Shown here: positions 24,861 through 37,858 of the stretch, in pieces
How the letters are laid out: every line of letters begins with the position of its first letter
Numbering within the stretch: position 1 is the first letter of the stretch
Position numbers and translations under genes: made by a program
Notes under the pieces: model-generated
The model's input: the letters and a program-made list of their open reading frames with translations, nothing else
What the model was told of the DNA's origin: nothing
The model's database searches: none
Assembly: GCA_963833425.1 (NCBI GenBank)
Contig: CAWHXP010000008.1
Location: forward strand, 116,578-180,577
Origin: an uncultured Methanosarcinaceae archaeon
GTDB taxonomy: Archaea; Halobacteriota; Methanosarcinia; Methanosarcinales; Methanosarcinaceae
Length of the DNA stretch: 64,000 nt
Direction: 5' to 3'

Positions 24861-26319
24861 GCTTATAACAACTTTATTCAGTGGAACCAGATTCGCTGGT
24901 TGGTTACATATTGGTTTGTTACAATTTTTGCAGGTGCAGTGCCCCTCCTTCAGTATGGTGGAATCTCTGCATTTATGGTGAGGGTGTCGGGATTTTAGTT
25001 TTTGTGTTTGTCTGTCTGTGTTTGTTTCTCATGGCAAACACAATTAAGTATCATGAAAAAAGCATTTCAGATTTTAACAAAAAATAAATTCCCTAAATGT
25101 ATCAGGCACACAAAAGGAAGTGATTCGCACAGGTTTGCCCTTCAAGTTCGAGAGCAAGGTGATGTTTAATACAGCAACATTCTTTTTTAGTCACTTATTG
25201 TGGTGCTCGGTATGATGTCGCTAATTGTTGCATCTATCCAACGCTGTAGGTGAAATGATATCCTTGAGGGCATGCTTCTTTCATTTGTTGGATGTGCACT
25301 TGGGCTATCAGGAAAACTTTACGCACTGTGCTCCAAATACTCTAAACTTAAGTGCCTCAAAAATTTAATATTCTTTGCATAGAGAGAGTTTTACCATAGG
25401 TTAGATAATACCCGAAAGGCTGGAAAATGATTTAGTTACTCAGTTATATTTCTGTATATTTTATCTCTAATTAGCAGGCTTATGAACAAAAACTTTGACT
25501 AGTCTTTGCTCTTATATTTCATTTCTAACGTTGAGTTTTTCCTACTATAAGATGTGATTGATTAAAGTTCCATATTTCAATCCTAAAAAGACATCGAATC
25601 GCTTAGTATCTAGTCCATTACATCCAAATTGTGGACACATTTCAAATGGGTAATAATACTAAAATAAACAAGGAATAGGCTACTGAAAGGCTCAGGCAAG
25701 GTTTTCATACAAATATATTGGATGAAGCTAGTTACCATAAAATAGATCCTAGCGTCGCTAAATTAATTGGATTTTAGAAAAAATCAGGGTGTACCTTGTG
25801 TGATTAGTGGTTTAGACTGCATGTTCGGTAGAGGAATGTGTGAATTTGAAGAGATCTGTGGAATTTCTATTGCATCCACCTCAATGCTCTCACTACAGGT
25901 GTTATCTCTGTGTTGGATTCCTAAGGCCCATTACTGATAATACCGTCGGATTCTCTCAAAATGGCAAAGCTTCCAAACAGATTAGACGAATTGCAGATGC
26001 CGTTGATGTAGTGGGAGCTACTATAAAAAACAGTCAATAAAGGTATGCTATAAGTTTAGTTGCTCTTAGTTCACATGCTCAAATAATTTCTCTAAAACAA
26101 TTTCTCACACCGAAATTTGGTTTAATCCAAGCAAGACATCTGAGATATCGGAATCTTCACACCTACAATAATTCAAATCCATTTGCAGATTCCTGTTTGT
26201 ATTTCACAAATAGAATTGACAATTTTCATATGCAAATTTGGACCCAGGAAATTTCAATAGATCTTCAAATGGAATCATTGCATATCATGCTGTGTTCTTC
26301 CAATTTGGTGATTATCTGA

Positions 26320-26447
26320 TAAAACATAATTAATATCAAATTGTTGTTCGATGTTAAAACATTTTATTTGGAAATAATTTTTATTCAGAAACTATTTTTT
26401 ATAATTAATTTGAAATAACTAAGTAGGTAATTACATGGTGTAGTCTA
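26320..26447 (+). repeat. Dispersed upstream module, copy D
   Basis: Core AATTTTTATTCAGAAACTATTTTTTATAATTAATTTGAAATAACT at 26376-26420 is nearly identical to 42537-42583. Confidence 0.85.
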
Positions 26448-26750
26448 AAAAGAATTTTGATAAGCACCTAAACCTTGTCAGATGCTTGCAAATGTTATAT
26501 GAAATACTTGTGAAAACTAGGAGTTAATCAAAAATCACTTAAAACATCTACATGAGATAAAGTGATAGTAGTTGACACAATAAAGTTACTACTGAACTTG
26601 TTGAATTCCTTCATCAATGTGTGATCAACGCTCCTCTGAGAGTTCAGCTAATCTCCTTCGGACCCTTCATGTCCAGTCCGATTGCCATCCTAATTCAGAT
26701 CACCGATGTTGTAATCTCATATATTCGCTTCGATGAAGATAGAGCAAAAC

Positions 26751-27244
26751 ATGACGATCAGAAAGGTCGAAATCGATCGATTCAGCTTGACATCTTCCAA
26801 GCCGTTTGAGGTGGTCGTGGCGGCGCTAGAGGCGGCGATTGGCCATCCAAATATGGATGAGTTCTTGAAGGCAACTCAGGATGCATTGACCTTTGCTGAA
26901 ATGTAAAGCATGGTCCATAGGGCCTTGGCAGAACTGGGCTGATGATGTTCATGAAACTCGATCATGGTGTGATTCTGCGTAAGGAGACTGGGCTCGACAC
27001 TCCGAAAGTCGTGCGCTTTTTGATCGGCAATCCGCTAATCATGAAAGAAATGGTAAAGCATGTTCCTGACGCTGGATCTTGCGCTCCGACTACGATTCTG
27101 GTGGATGAGCGGTCCGACGGGGTTCATTTGTCATATGACAAGATGGCCAGTCTTTTGGCCCCCTACAGAAACCCCGACGCACTTGCTGTCGCTCGGGATC
27201 TGGACTCGAAAATCGAGAAATTTCTTCGAGAGTCTGGGGTTTGA
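26751..27244 (+). pseudogene. DUF302 family protein (long type)
   Basis: MTIRKVEIDRFSLTSSKPFE..., internal TAA plus frameshift, then FLIGNPLIM...AGSCAPTTILV...VHLSYD. Confidence 0.8.
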
Positions 27245-27318
27245 CGATCCCAGAGAGTTTAATCTATGTGATTTTTGCTTCACGTGCGAAGGTCCTGCTG
27301 TGGATAAAGGAGGGAGGG

Positions 27319-27876
27319 ATGAAATTTGGGAGAACGATCGTAATTTTGTTAATAGTTTGCTTTGTGGCTTCTTTGGCCGTTACAACAGTAAGCTCCAGAG
27401 GCGGTAAAGGCGGCGAGGAGGATAAAAATATGACCATTCAGATCATAAAGGTTTTTAGCAGCGCTTTTGAATCTAATAGTACTATCCCGAGAAAGTACAC
27501 TTGTAGCGGGAAGAATATAAATCCATCTCTAGAATTCAGCGATATTCCTGTAGAGGCTAAAAGTTTAGTGCTCATACTTGACGATCCTGATGCCCCTATG
27601 AAGCTATTTACTCATTGGATTGTCTGGAATATAGCACCTATTGCAAAAATAGATGAAGACAGTGTACCAGGGGTTGAGGGCATAAATGATTTCAGAAAAA
27701 TAGGATATGGAGGTCCCTGCCCTCCTTCAGGCACTCATAGGTATTTTTTCAGAGTTTATGCTCTAGACAAGCAGCTTGGGCTAAAAGCAGGATCAAGCAG
27801 AAAAGAGCTTGAAAACGAGATGTTAGGACACATCATTGCAGAAGGGGAACTTATGGGTAAATACAGCAAAAATTGA
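27319..27876 (+). CDS. YbhB/YbcL (PEBP/Raf kinase inhibitor-like) protein with N-terminal signal peptide
   Basis: GGAGGGAGGG RBS; DDPDAP, FTHW, YGGPCPPSGTHRYFF motifs. Confidence 0.92.
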   Translation: MKFGRTIVILLIVCFVASLAVTTVSSRGGKGGEEDKNMTIQIIKVFSSAFESNSTIPRKYTCSGKNINPSLEFSDIPVEAKSLVLILDDPDAPMKLFTHWIVWNIAPIAKIDEDSVPGVEGINDFRKIGYGGPCPPSGTHRYFFRVYALDKQLGLKAGSSRKELENEMLGHIIAEGELMGKYSKN

Positions 27877-28209
27877 TTGTTTAATAATGAGCTATCTATA
27901 CAAAGAAAACGAACCATGAAAAAACATATAAAAATAAAACGTTTTTTAATAAATTCGGGGAAACATGTGGGACCAGTATTTTTGACTCTGTGTTCCATTG
28001 ATCACATTTACTGAAACACTTGCTGATACTGTATTATAGTTTACAGTGTCAGTTTGTTTGAAAAAAACTGTCAATCTATCCTTGATTGCATCATGGATTT
28101 AGGGGTTATGGATTTATGGAAAATGCTCGTCGTTTGAAGGACTAAGAGCGATAATATTATTTGTAATTATATGAGTTTAATAATATAATTAAATATTGAG
28201 AATGGTACG

Positions 28210-29875
28210 ATGAGCTTTTCGTCAAAAACTCAGGAAGAGGGGGACAAAAATAGAACATTTAATGGGGTTTGCTCTCTCTTCCGCTTTGTACGGGCAGAAA
28301 CTTCTCGAGGATTCCGAGCTAAACAAAGGTAAAGCATTCAAGACACCCAACGTACTGCGCTCGGTCTAGAGGGTCTACTGCCTCCTTCAATGAGACAATC
28401 TATCAGCAACAACAGCGTGTACTCCGGCAGTTAGTGCTCAAGACTACTGAACTCGATCGCTATATCAACTTGATTCAGCTTGTTGACTCAAACGAGACTC
28501 TCTTCTACCGGTCTTGATGTCCTATCCTGCATACTTCTTGCCTGTAGTTTACGATCCGACCGTCGGCGAAGCTTGCCTGAAGTTTGGCCACATCTACCGT
28601 CGACCCCGAATGTACATTTCGATAAAAGATAAGGGGAAAATCCGTAAGGTCCTTGCCAACTGGCCTGAGAATGTGCGCGTCATATGCTTAAGCTCAAGAG
28701 GGCGAATTCTAGGCCTAGGGATCTCGGGGCCAAAGGTATGGGCACCCCGATCGGCAAACTGCAGCTGTACGCAGCTTGTGCTGGCGTATCTCCAAAAGGC
28801 TTCTCCCAATCCTGCGAGACTTTGGAACGAACAATCGCGAATTACTCAACGATCCACTCTATTTCGGGCTCAAACGAGGCCCGCATTAGAGAAGACGATT
28901 CTTTAGTGGATGAGTTTGTAGAGGATGTCCAGGAGCACTTCAAAGAACGCTGTATCCATTTTGAAGATTGGAGGGGAATAGACGCCTTTCACTACCTGAT
29001 CGCTATCTTGACAAGTTATGTTGCTTCAACGATGATATCCAGGGCACAGGTAGCGTAACTGTCGCAGGATTGTTAAATGCTACGCGTATCACTAACCAGA
29101 AGCTCAAGGACCAACGTGACTCTTTTTCGGGAAGGGTTTTAGCTGGTATTTGAATTGCCAATATGATTGCTTCTGCAATGCAACTTGAGGGGCTATCCTC
29201 AGAACAAGCCCACAGTCGCATATGGCTGTTCAATAGCAAAGGCTTGATTGAAAATACACGCCATGATCTGATACAAGTGCAGAAGCTGTATGCGCATGCA
29301 CTTCCTCCGACTAATGATCTTCTCACGGCGATCAATTCAATCAAGCCTGCTATAATAATCGGCGTTAGCACCGTCGGCAAATCTTTCAATCAAGCCGTCA
29401 TTTAAGCTATCTCCAAGATAAATCGAAGGCTTTCATTTTTGCTATGTCGAATCCGACTGAAAGGCGGAATATACTGCTGAAGAGGCCTACCGATGGTCTA
29501 GCTGCAGAGCCATTTATGCAGTCGGTGTCCAATTCCCTCCAGTTCATTACAACGGCGATATCTTTCTGTCTGGGCAGGCGAACAATTTTTACATATATCC
29601 GGCGATCGGCCTTGCAGCCCAAGTCACACGAGCAAAGAGCATCACTTACGAAATGTTCATCGAGGCCGCGAAAGCGACGGCAGACCAGGTGACCGATGAA
29701 CAGCTCAAGAAAGGTTTGCTGTTCCCACCTCAAAGTAATATTCTGGAGAACGAAGTACGCACAGCCGTACGAATTGCTACTTTAATTTTCAATGTGATCT
29801 AGCGAGAGTCGATAAGCCAAAGTGCGTCAATGCCTGGCTACGAGTGATGCTCTACAAACATAATACAGCGACTAG
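28210..29875 (+). pseudogene. NAD(P)-dependent malic enzyme (MaeA type), many frameshifts and stops
   Basis: [41 protein letters not shown] and IIGVST fragments. Confidence 0.9.
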
Positions 29876-29895
29876 CATTTATAGGAGAGGAGAGT

Positions 29896-31390
29896 TTGCC
29901 AATTGACGTGGATATACAAAGAAAAGATGTTGAACAAGTGCCTTCAATTTTCGATCTGTCTGTCGGCACTGGAGCGACTGGCAAGCGAAAAGAAAGTGAT
30001 TCATTGGGGGAAGTTGAGATTCCCGCCGACCATTACTGGGGGGGCCAAACCCAGAGGTCTCTGCTTCACTTCTCCGTCGGCGACGACCACATGCCTAAGG
30101 AGGTCTATCATGCTTATGGATACGTGAAAAAGGCAGCTGCCCTTGTCAACACGCAGCCTACGGAAAAATACCTCAGTGGAAAGCTGAATTGATAGCAGGG
30201 TTGCAGACTAAATTATCGCAGGCATACTGGACATTGAATTCCCACTCTATGTCTGGCAGACTGGCTCTGGAACTCAGTCGAAATGAACGTAAATGAAGTC
30301 ATAAGCAATCGCGCCATCCAGCTCGTTAGTGGAAGCCTTGGCAGCAAGCTTACTATCCATCCAAATACGATGTTAACATGAGTCAGTCATCCAACGATAC
30401 CTTTCCTACAGCCATGCACAGCAACTGTGCTCGATTCAGTAACCGCCTAATTCCCGCAGTTACCGCTCTTGAAGAGTCCAGATGGACTAAAGCACGGGAA
30501 TGGGTGGACATCGTCAAGATCGGTCGAATGCGTCTTCAGGACGCAACACCACTTACAGTGGGACAGGAGTGGTCTGGCTACGCCACACAGCTCGATGACG
30601 CGTTGGCACTTGTCAAGCAATCCCTTCAAGGATTATATCGATTGGCCATAGGAGGCACTGCTGTCGGAACAGGCATGAATACCCCACCAGACTTCGGCGA
30701 AAGTGTTGCCGTCGAGATCTCCAGGTTCACCGTTCATCCATTCATCACAGCTCCAAATAAATTCGCTGCCCAAGGATCCTAGATGCGATGGTAGCCCAAG
30801 CGCGGACTTGCTTGCTTTAGCAGTCGCACTGATGAAGATCGTGAATGATCCGCGCTGGCTTGGTTCGGGACCAAGGTCAGGTCTCCACAAACTCATTCTG
30901 CCCAGTACGAGCCAGGCAGCTCAATTATGCCTGGAAAAGTCAATCCGACTAAGGAGGAAGCCATGATAATGGTGAGCATCCAGGTGATTGGGGGGACAAT
31001 GCCGTCGCATGTGCTGGTTCACATGGTAATTCCGAGCTTAAAGCTATGCGCCCTATAATCATAAGTAATATCTTGCATTCTGCACGCATTCTCGGTGACG
31101 CTTTCATCAAGTTCCGTGAGTATGGAATCAAGGGAATCATGCTCAATCGGAGCCGTATCAATGAATTTGTGAGCAATTCCCTCATGCTTGTGACAGCATT
31201 GAGTCCTGTTATAGGCTACGACAAAGCTTCTGCAATTGCCCACTGAGCACTGAATGAGAATACTACACTGAGGGAGGCTGCAGTGAAAGGAGGTTTCATA
31301 AGCGCGGATGATTTTGACAGGATTGTGGATCCGAAGAAGATGGTCAGGAATCCGCGACGCGACCTGAAGCTAGCTTCAGAGTATAGGTCC
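29896..31390 (+). pseudogene. fumC: Class II fumarate hydratase
   Basis: [46 protein letters not shown] and LVTALSPVIGYDKA in broken frames. Confidence 0.92.
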
Positions 31391-31531
31391 AACTTTACAT
31401 ATTTTCTTTTTTTGTTTATTCAGACATTCGGTATTGTAAATTCTTCGGAGGAGGGGTATATTTATAGGTCTACACTAGCTGAAAAAAATTTTCATTCCCC
31501 GAAGACTTTACAGTCCATGCTTTGAGCCATA

Positions 31532-32623
31532 TTATCTATAGACCATGGACGGGTAGTCCGTGTAGACTTTCGCGCCGCTCTCGTAGAAGGTGGCCACGTC
31601 TGGCTCGTTCAAAGGGTATTCCTGAAGCGCTCTGGCAGGTCAGGATTGGCCAGAAACGGCACTCTGAAGGTGATATTCGGCCTCACAGCTGGCAACGGCC
31701 TAGTTCCCGCTGTGGAAGTCATAGCCGCCGTTCAGTATGAACGTCCTTTCAAAAATTTCGCTATGGGTAGGCCCAAGCCGTGCCTTTGGTGGCACGAGCC
31801 CCGACCCGTCTCCGATGGGCTCGATTAAATGAATGTAGCCCAGACCTATTTTGTTCAGTTCTCTGGTGAAATAGGAAAAGGTTTCCCGGGGATTGGCGTC
31901 CGACATAGAATGCACGGTCATGTGCGGTGAGATGCGGTAGCCGACACTGTCGCCGCCCCATATCTTTATGACGGCTTTCGTGACCTCAAGTGGTAGAAGG
32001 GCTCGATTCTCAAGGCTGCCGCCGTAAATATCAGTTCGTTCGTTGGACCCGCTCCGCAGGAATTGGTCCAGCAGGTAGCCGTTAGCGCCATGGATTTCTA
32101 CACCTTCGAAGCCGGAGGTTCTGCAATCTCCGCAGCCTGCCGGAATTGCCTGAAGATGTCCGACACCTCGCCTGTCTTCATGCCCTGGGCACCTGAATTG
32201 GCTTTTTTCCACCGGGTGTGTGGACAAAGCCTTCGACGGGTAGCTCGGATGGCGCGATCGGCAGAGCGCCCTCCAGGAAGTCGGTGTGGGAGACCCGCCC
32301 CGACGTGCCGAACTGGATGAAAATTCTGCCGCCAGCCCGGTGGACACCATCCGTCACCTTCTTCCAGCTGACAACTTGTGCCGCAGAGTATATGCCCGGT
32401 GTGTGCATGTAGCCCACCCCCTGCTGGCTAACCTGCGAGCCCTCGGTGATAATCATGCCGGCCGAGGCTCGCTGCACATAATAGATAACCGTCAGTGAGA
32501 CCGAGATCTCGGCATCACCTGCGAGGCAGAGGGTCATCGACGCCATCACTATGCGGTTTGGCAGCGTGAGTCGCCCATCCGATACTGTGAAAAAAGGTCC
32601 GTGTCTCCTGGCAGGATGACCAT
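31532..32623 (-). pseudogene. Old yellow enzyme / NemA-type alkene reductase
   Basis: LPNRIVMA, YYVQRASAGMIITE, GFEGVEIHGANGYLLDQF, RTDIYGGSLENR and DYP across frames. Confidence 0.9.
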
Positions 32624-32629
32624 CTCATT

Positions 32630-32905
32630 AAGCTTGGCTGGTTGCCGATTCGAGCTTCTCCGATTTCAAAAGCTGCTTAAACATCTCTGGAATGAACCCA
32701 TGACCACTACATCGCCGATCCTGACAAATGGGAAGACGATATGGCCAGCGCCCTTCATCATCTCGGCCACTATCCTGTTTTGCTTGCTCTAGCTAGCGAG
32801 ATCTTAATCGACTAAATCGAATGGTATGCCTCTGGCCCGGAAAAATTTCTTTGTTTTCCGGCACTCTCGGCAGGTGCTTAAGGTGTACATTGAGACTTTT
32901 GCCAT
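32630..32905 (-). pseudogene. Glutaredoxin (NrdH-like)
   Basis: MAKVSMYTLSTCRECRKTK...FPFVRIG with two internal stops (TAA, TAG). Confidence 0.8.
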
Positions 32906-33115
32906 ACGCTTTCCTAATATATTGTTCAATCCTGTTTCCTTTAATTTTTTCCGTTTTCCCGCCGCATTTTGAGCGTCAGCTAGTCGTCCCGTATGACCAG
33001 TTTGTTGATTACGCCGTTGGACAGGGTATGCCACTTGTATATGTCCCAAGATCACGGATTTCCCCTCGTTCTGAAGGCTCGAGCATGCAAGTTCCTCATA
33101 GCCCCTATTCAAGTT

Positions 33116-33400
33116 TTATACAGTGGCTGCATCCCTCGGATGGTTCCTTTCACGGATGATTGGCAGCACATCCCGTTCGCAGCCCTCGATGAACTCGTAC
33201 TGATCCGGGCCTGCGGAATGAAAGTAAAGCCGGTTAAAGCCTGCATCGATGAACCGTTGTGCGAACTTCGCGTGAACTTTCGGTTCGCTGGAGATGCATA
33301 ACCGGTTCTTGATCACATTGTTCCCTACGACTGCTCAGTTCGCGGACCCAGTTCTGGTGTATAGATTTTCTGGAGAAATGTAGCTATAATCTTCGTGCCA
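33116..33400 (-). pseudogene. C-terminal fragment of an F420-dependent LLM-class oxidoreductase
   Basis: CISSEPKVHAKFAQRFIDAGFNRLYFHSAGPDQYEFIE...DVLP. Confidence 0.65.
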
Positions 33401-33469
33401 GCCAAGTACTGTTAAAATATCTTTGCAGCGGCATCCACGTAGTCGGTCTAAGCTACCATTATCTCGACC

Positions 33470-33836
33470 AGCACATCGGTAGCCTTCCGCTCCGCAGGCC
33501 TGCGCGTACCCGGTGAAATCAATGGGCTGGAGACTTATGCCATAACGCGGATTGCCCTTCCCCTGCTGCTCGAAGCGGACCATCTCCAGATAGTTGTTCT
33601 TCAGCAAGGTGACCTTGATGGGCAGGTCAGCATAAAGGCTAGTGGCCCCCTCTCGCCCATAAGCATGGTGAAGCTGTATCACCGCTCAGTCAGAAGATCG
33701 TATTCAAATCCCAAGTGATCAGCCTGTCGACCAGAATATCCATGATCGTTTCGCTCTCCTGTGGTACCGGCACTATGTTGTTCGGAGCCGCCGATCTGAG
33801 GGTAGGCTCATATTTCTGATATTTTTCGCAAGCCAT
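33470..33836 (-). pseudogene. Pyruvate oxidase-like TPP enzyme, internally deleted
   Basis: N-terminal DILVDRLITWD..TIF.LSGD is joined almost directly to C-terminal LPIKVTLLKNNYLEMVRFEQ..GNP.YGISLQPIDF..YAQACG. Confidence 0.75.
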
Positions 33837-34019
33837 CGTATCCTATCTTCTCAAGCTGACAGTTCATGCGGCTCCCGGAAAAGGTGATCTTGAATGTCGG
33901 GTAGCCTTTAGCTATTAAATTGATCTCTCAAAGGCTCGTTCTGGAACCGGACAAAATCGATAACAGGGGATTGCGACCTTTCGATAATATTGTCCAATCT
34001 CATTTTATATATTAATGAT

Positions 34020-34300
34020 ATACATGCCTATAGTTGCGTATTTTTGTAGCAGTAGTTATTTTAAATTAATTGTAAGAAAAGTAGTTTCTAAACGAAAAAT
34101 AATCCAGCATAAAAATTTACAAAATCAAAAAACAAATGAATATTAATAATTATTTTTTTATTATTTCCGAAGTCTTCATAATCTAATACTATGCATAGAT
34201 TTTGCTATAAACCTATGCATTAATTATCAGACAATAAAGAAAAATAATAAAGCAAGTTGGAAGTTTTGATAATATCCACTCATTCGTTAGATTCTTCAAA
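34020..34300 (-). repeat. Dispersed upstream module, copy E (upstream of the decayed POX operon)
   Basis: 34020-34192 aligns to 41640-41810; core AGTTATTTTAAATTAATTGTAAGAAAAGTAGTTTCTAAACGAAAAAT at 34054-34100. Confidence 0.85.
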
Positions 34301-34323
34301 AGGGAGAGGATATTTTCCTTTAA

Positions 34324-35439
34324 TTATATGAGAAGTTCTTCGTCCAATTTAGTATCTAAAAGTATTTTCTCCTTTATTTCGTTTTCTCTTTCTTTAAGTC
34401 TTAACTTTGTTCTGAAAAGTGCAAGTAAAAACCCGTAAACTGCAGGTCCGATAACCAATCCTGTTAATCCCATCGACAGAATAGGCGATACAAATGCGAG
34501 TATCGTAATTACTGGATGTACTTCACCTTTTTCCTGAGCAAGTTTAGGTCTCAAATAGTAATCCTGCAGTGTATGTAGGGCAGTACTGAATATCAATATT
34601 AGTAAAGCTTTCCTGTAATCATGAAGTAAAGCATAGTATGCTGCCAGAGGCAGGTACACAGTCGGTTGTCCAATCAATGGGCACATTGACAGGATAAATA
34701 TAAGCAAAGCCCATAGACTAGAATAAGGTATATCTAGCAGATAAAAGCCAAGCAAAGCAATAGCTCCTGCAATAACACTTGAGATAAAGTGCTGTCTGAA
34801 CAGGCCGGAATAGATAGTATCTAGCTCTTTTAAAAACAAGTGTACCTCTTCTTTATTTTTATCCGGTACAAATTTAAAAATCTGATCAATTAACCTGTTT
34901 CCAGTGAGTAGAAGATAATAAGAAAGTATAAGCCCTATTATAAAAGCTATGATATAATATGATAAAGTTGCTGTAAAAAAAATAATTACATTTTTTATTG
35001 GTGGAAAATAAGCATCTATTAAATCTGAAATTAATTGGTTAATCTCACTTCCAACGTTAAAAGAAAAAAAAGGAAAATTTGATTCTATAATTTTTATTGT
35101 TTCATTCGTACCATTTATAATGAATGCCTGTACACTCTCAGGCGAGTTTAACAAGCTTGAAATCTGAGTAAGAATAAAATAAATTATCCTTATGCCAATT
35201 AGAAAAAATAATATTAGTGTTAAAAAAACTGAAGATGCGGCTGCTATTCTTCTGTGTTTTGTTCTATTTTCTAGAAATGTATATAATGGGACAAGTAGGT
35301 ATGCAACAAAAAAGCTAAAAAGTATTGTAGAAAAAAAGGGTTTTGTTATATACGCTGCTATGACAATAAAAAATATAGTAACAATTATTGAAAATTTACT
35401 GAAGTAATCCCAGCTACCCATGTATATAATATGATTCAT
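34324..35439 (-). CDS. AI-2E (PerM/UPF0118) family transporter
   Basis: Multiple TM helices; AYLLVPLY, DYYLRPKL...VHPVITIL...GLTGLVIGP. Confidence 0.9.
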   Translation of the reverse strand: MNHIIYMGSWDYFSKFSIIVTIFFIVIAAYITKPFFSTILFSFFVAYLLVPLYTFLENRTKHRRIAAASSVFLTLILFFLIGIRIIYFILTQISSLLNSPESVQAFIINGTNETIKIIESNFPFFSFNVGSEINQLISDLIDAYFPPIKNVIIFFTATLSYYIIAFIIGLILSYYLLLTGNRLIDQIFKFVPDKNKEEVHLFLKELDTIYSGLFRQHFISSVIAGAIALLGFYLLDIPYSSLWALLIFILSMCPLIGQPTVYLPLAAYYALLHDYRKALLILIFSTALHTLQDYYLRPKLAQEKGEVHPVITILAFVSPILSMGLTGLVIGPAVYGFLLALFRTKLRLKERENEIKEKILLDTKLDEELLI

Positions 35440-36076
35440 TTGGGTATATAATTTCTTGTCACCATATTGTAAGGGATCCTGGATTTATTTTGTACTGATA
35501 TTCTATTTAGTATTCAATTCACTTATCCGAATATAATTATTTTGATTATTATTTAGCCAAATTAGTTCCAGGTGTTCCAGGAGCTCCATAAGCTCTATGA
35601 TAACAAAAACTCCAGAATTCATAGAGATAACTAAAATGCACCGCTTTTGTTACAAACTCCATGCATTAGTGAAAACAACCGAAGCAGGAGTTTTGTAGGT
35701 AAAAAGATTGGCTTTACTTTTTACTTTTTGAAGTGAAAGGAAAGTTAAATTCAGTAAATTTTTTGTTCGTTTTAGGTCGAAGCAAAAAAGATTAGAGACA
35801 TATAGCATAAGCATAAAGTTAGAACAACGTTACACTCTAAAAATATTAAATATTTTAGGAATTTATATAACTTGTTGTTCTCATCTACTGTTACATAGCA
35901 GCGATCTATTCCACGAAAACTGCCCCATGTAACACTTTGCTAAAATCAATTCATTGTAATAAAGGGATGAAATCAAAAGACTTAACTCATAGGTTCAATC
36001 TTAAATTTCTTCTATGTTAGATTGTGCACTTAGGAACTTGAATATTTTTTTAGATGAGAACACAATTACCCCACTA

Positions 36077-36171
36077 TTTTCGAAAAATTAACGAATGAAC
36101 GGATATTAATAAACTTTCCAAACTGGGTTATAATTTTTCTTTGTTGTCTGATAATTAACTATAAATTTATG
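36077..36171 (+). repeat. ~95-bp inverted copy of 34205-34300
   Basis: Reverse complement TTAATTATCAGACAACAAAGAAAAAT...TAATATCC..TCATTCGTTA matches 34220-34290. Confidence 0.7.
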
Positions 36172-37134
36172 AGAAAACATATGAATTAAAGATCATACAT
36201 TAATAAAAATTTTAAAACTATATCACAATATATAAAAATTATAAGTAACAACAATATATAGAATAAATATAATAAATTTAAAACCCCTTTATTTAAATTG
36301 GAAAATACTATTATATTTTTTTTCAAAATACTTATTTTTATAAAGCTAAGTACGATGCTGTAAGCACGCTGTTAATATTCAACCGATGCCGTGGAAAAAA
36401 GATAAGTTAAGCTTGAAGAAGAAATAATCGCATTTGAAGAACTGATTGAAAGTAGCCTCCAGAATTAAAAGAGCTTAGATATAAGGATCAAGAATCATAG
36501 CAATCTGTTAAATAAGAGCATGGATTAAAATTAAATAAATTTTTTCAATTGGATAATGAGCAACCTTGACTTTTATGCCTTACTGTTTTTTATGTACTTT
36601 TATTCACAATACTGTTAAAAAGCATAATAATTTATCTTTACCAACATTAGTTTATATAATAAAAAGTAATATTCTCTTATAGGGCATCGAAGATAACTTC
36701 TTTTGTTTTCCCAATTAATGTTACCATGCACTCCGTAATCTCAAAAAACAAACTCATTTACTTTTAAGGAACTCCTTCTTTTCAATGAGATGAGAGAAGG
36801 AAAAGCATTTCCGAAATTCTTTTCTAGAGATAGATTTTGCTATAAAACCTATGCACAATATATATATCATAGGTGCTAATTCCTGTTTTTTTAGTCAAAG
36901 AAAAATGTAATCGAATTGCCAATATATCTATAATTTAAAATTTATATTGAGAGTAAAACATATATATTGCTTAACTGTTTCTAGTTATTGCGTTAGTTAT
37001 ATGCACTTCAAATTTTTGGTATTTATTGAACTTATGCGATGCTTTCTCCAAATTCTGATATTTTGATCAATTCCATCAGAAGTAACGACCTTTGATTTTT
37101 CTAATTAATAACAATGGTAAATGAGTTGGAATGA

Positions 37135-37858
37135 ATGATCAATAAACAAAAGTTGTATTTGATAGCCTTAGTTTCAACAGCTTTGGTTTTAATGCAAGTA
37201 AGGACGGACCTTTAGGAATTGCAGTCACTCAGATGGGAAAAGTGCATATGTAACAAACTCAGGTTACTACAGTCCCAGACAACACTGTTTCTGTAATTAA
37301 CACATCCACAAATACTATTACAGCTACTGTGAATGTAGGAAACAGGCCTTATGGAGTTGCAGTCACTCCAGATGGAAAAAAGATATATGTAGCAAATAAT
37401 GACGATGACAACATTTCTGTAATTGAGGCAGATACAAACATGGTTACAGCCACAGTACGTGTCGGATCCGGCCCTATCGCCTTTGGACAGTTTATAGGAA
37501 AAACAGCTCATATAAAGTTTAAAAAAGCAAATACAAACTTAGTGCCTATATATAAGATTAACCTACAGAATTATTCAAAAGCTTGGGAAAATAAAGGAGT
37601 CACTTTATTTCTGTCTTGTGATAACCACACGATGAAGCGATAAAAGCATTTGACAAAGCAATTGAAATTAACCCGAAGAATTCAGATGCTTGGTACAATC
37701 GTGCATGTTTTTATTCTCTCATCAATAACAAGGATCAATCAATCCTAAATTTAAAAAAAGCTATTCAGTTAGACTCATCACATAAAGAAGAAGCAAAGTA
37801 AGCAAATGACTTTGAAAAACTACGGACAGATGAGCAATTTAAAGAATTTGTTAAGTAA
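37135..37858 (+). pseudogene. Secreted YVTN beta-propeller plus TPR protein remnant
   Basis: Signal MINKQKLYLIALVSTALVLM; PYGVAVTPDGKKIYVAN repeats; AFDKAIEINPKNSDAWYNRAC TPR; frameshifts, stops and deletions. Confidence 0.85.

Noticed and set aside
30775..30790. TAG in fumC as a pyrrolysine codon
   Set aside because: It arises from a 1-bp deletion (GSLDAM resumes in another frame), and the gene has many other lesions.
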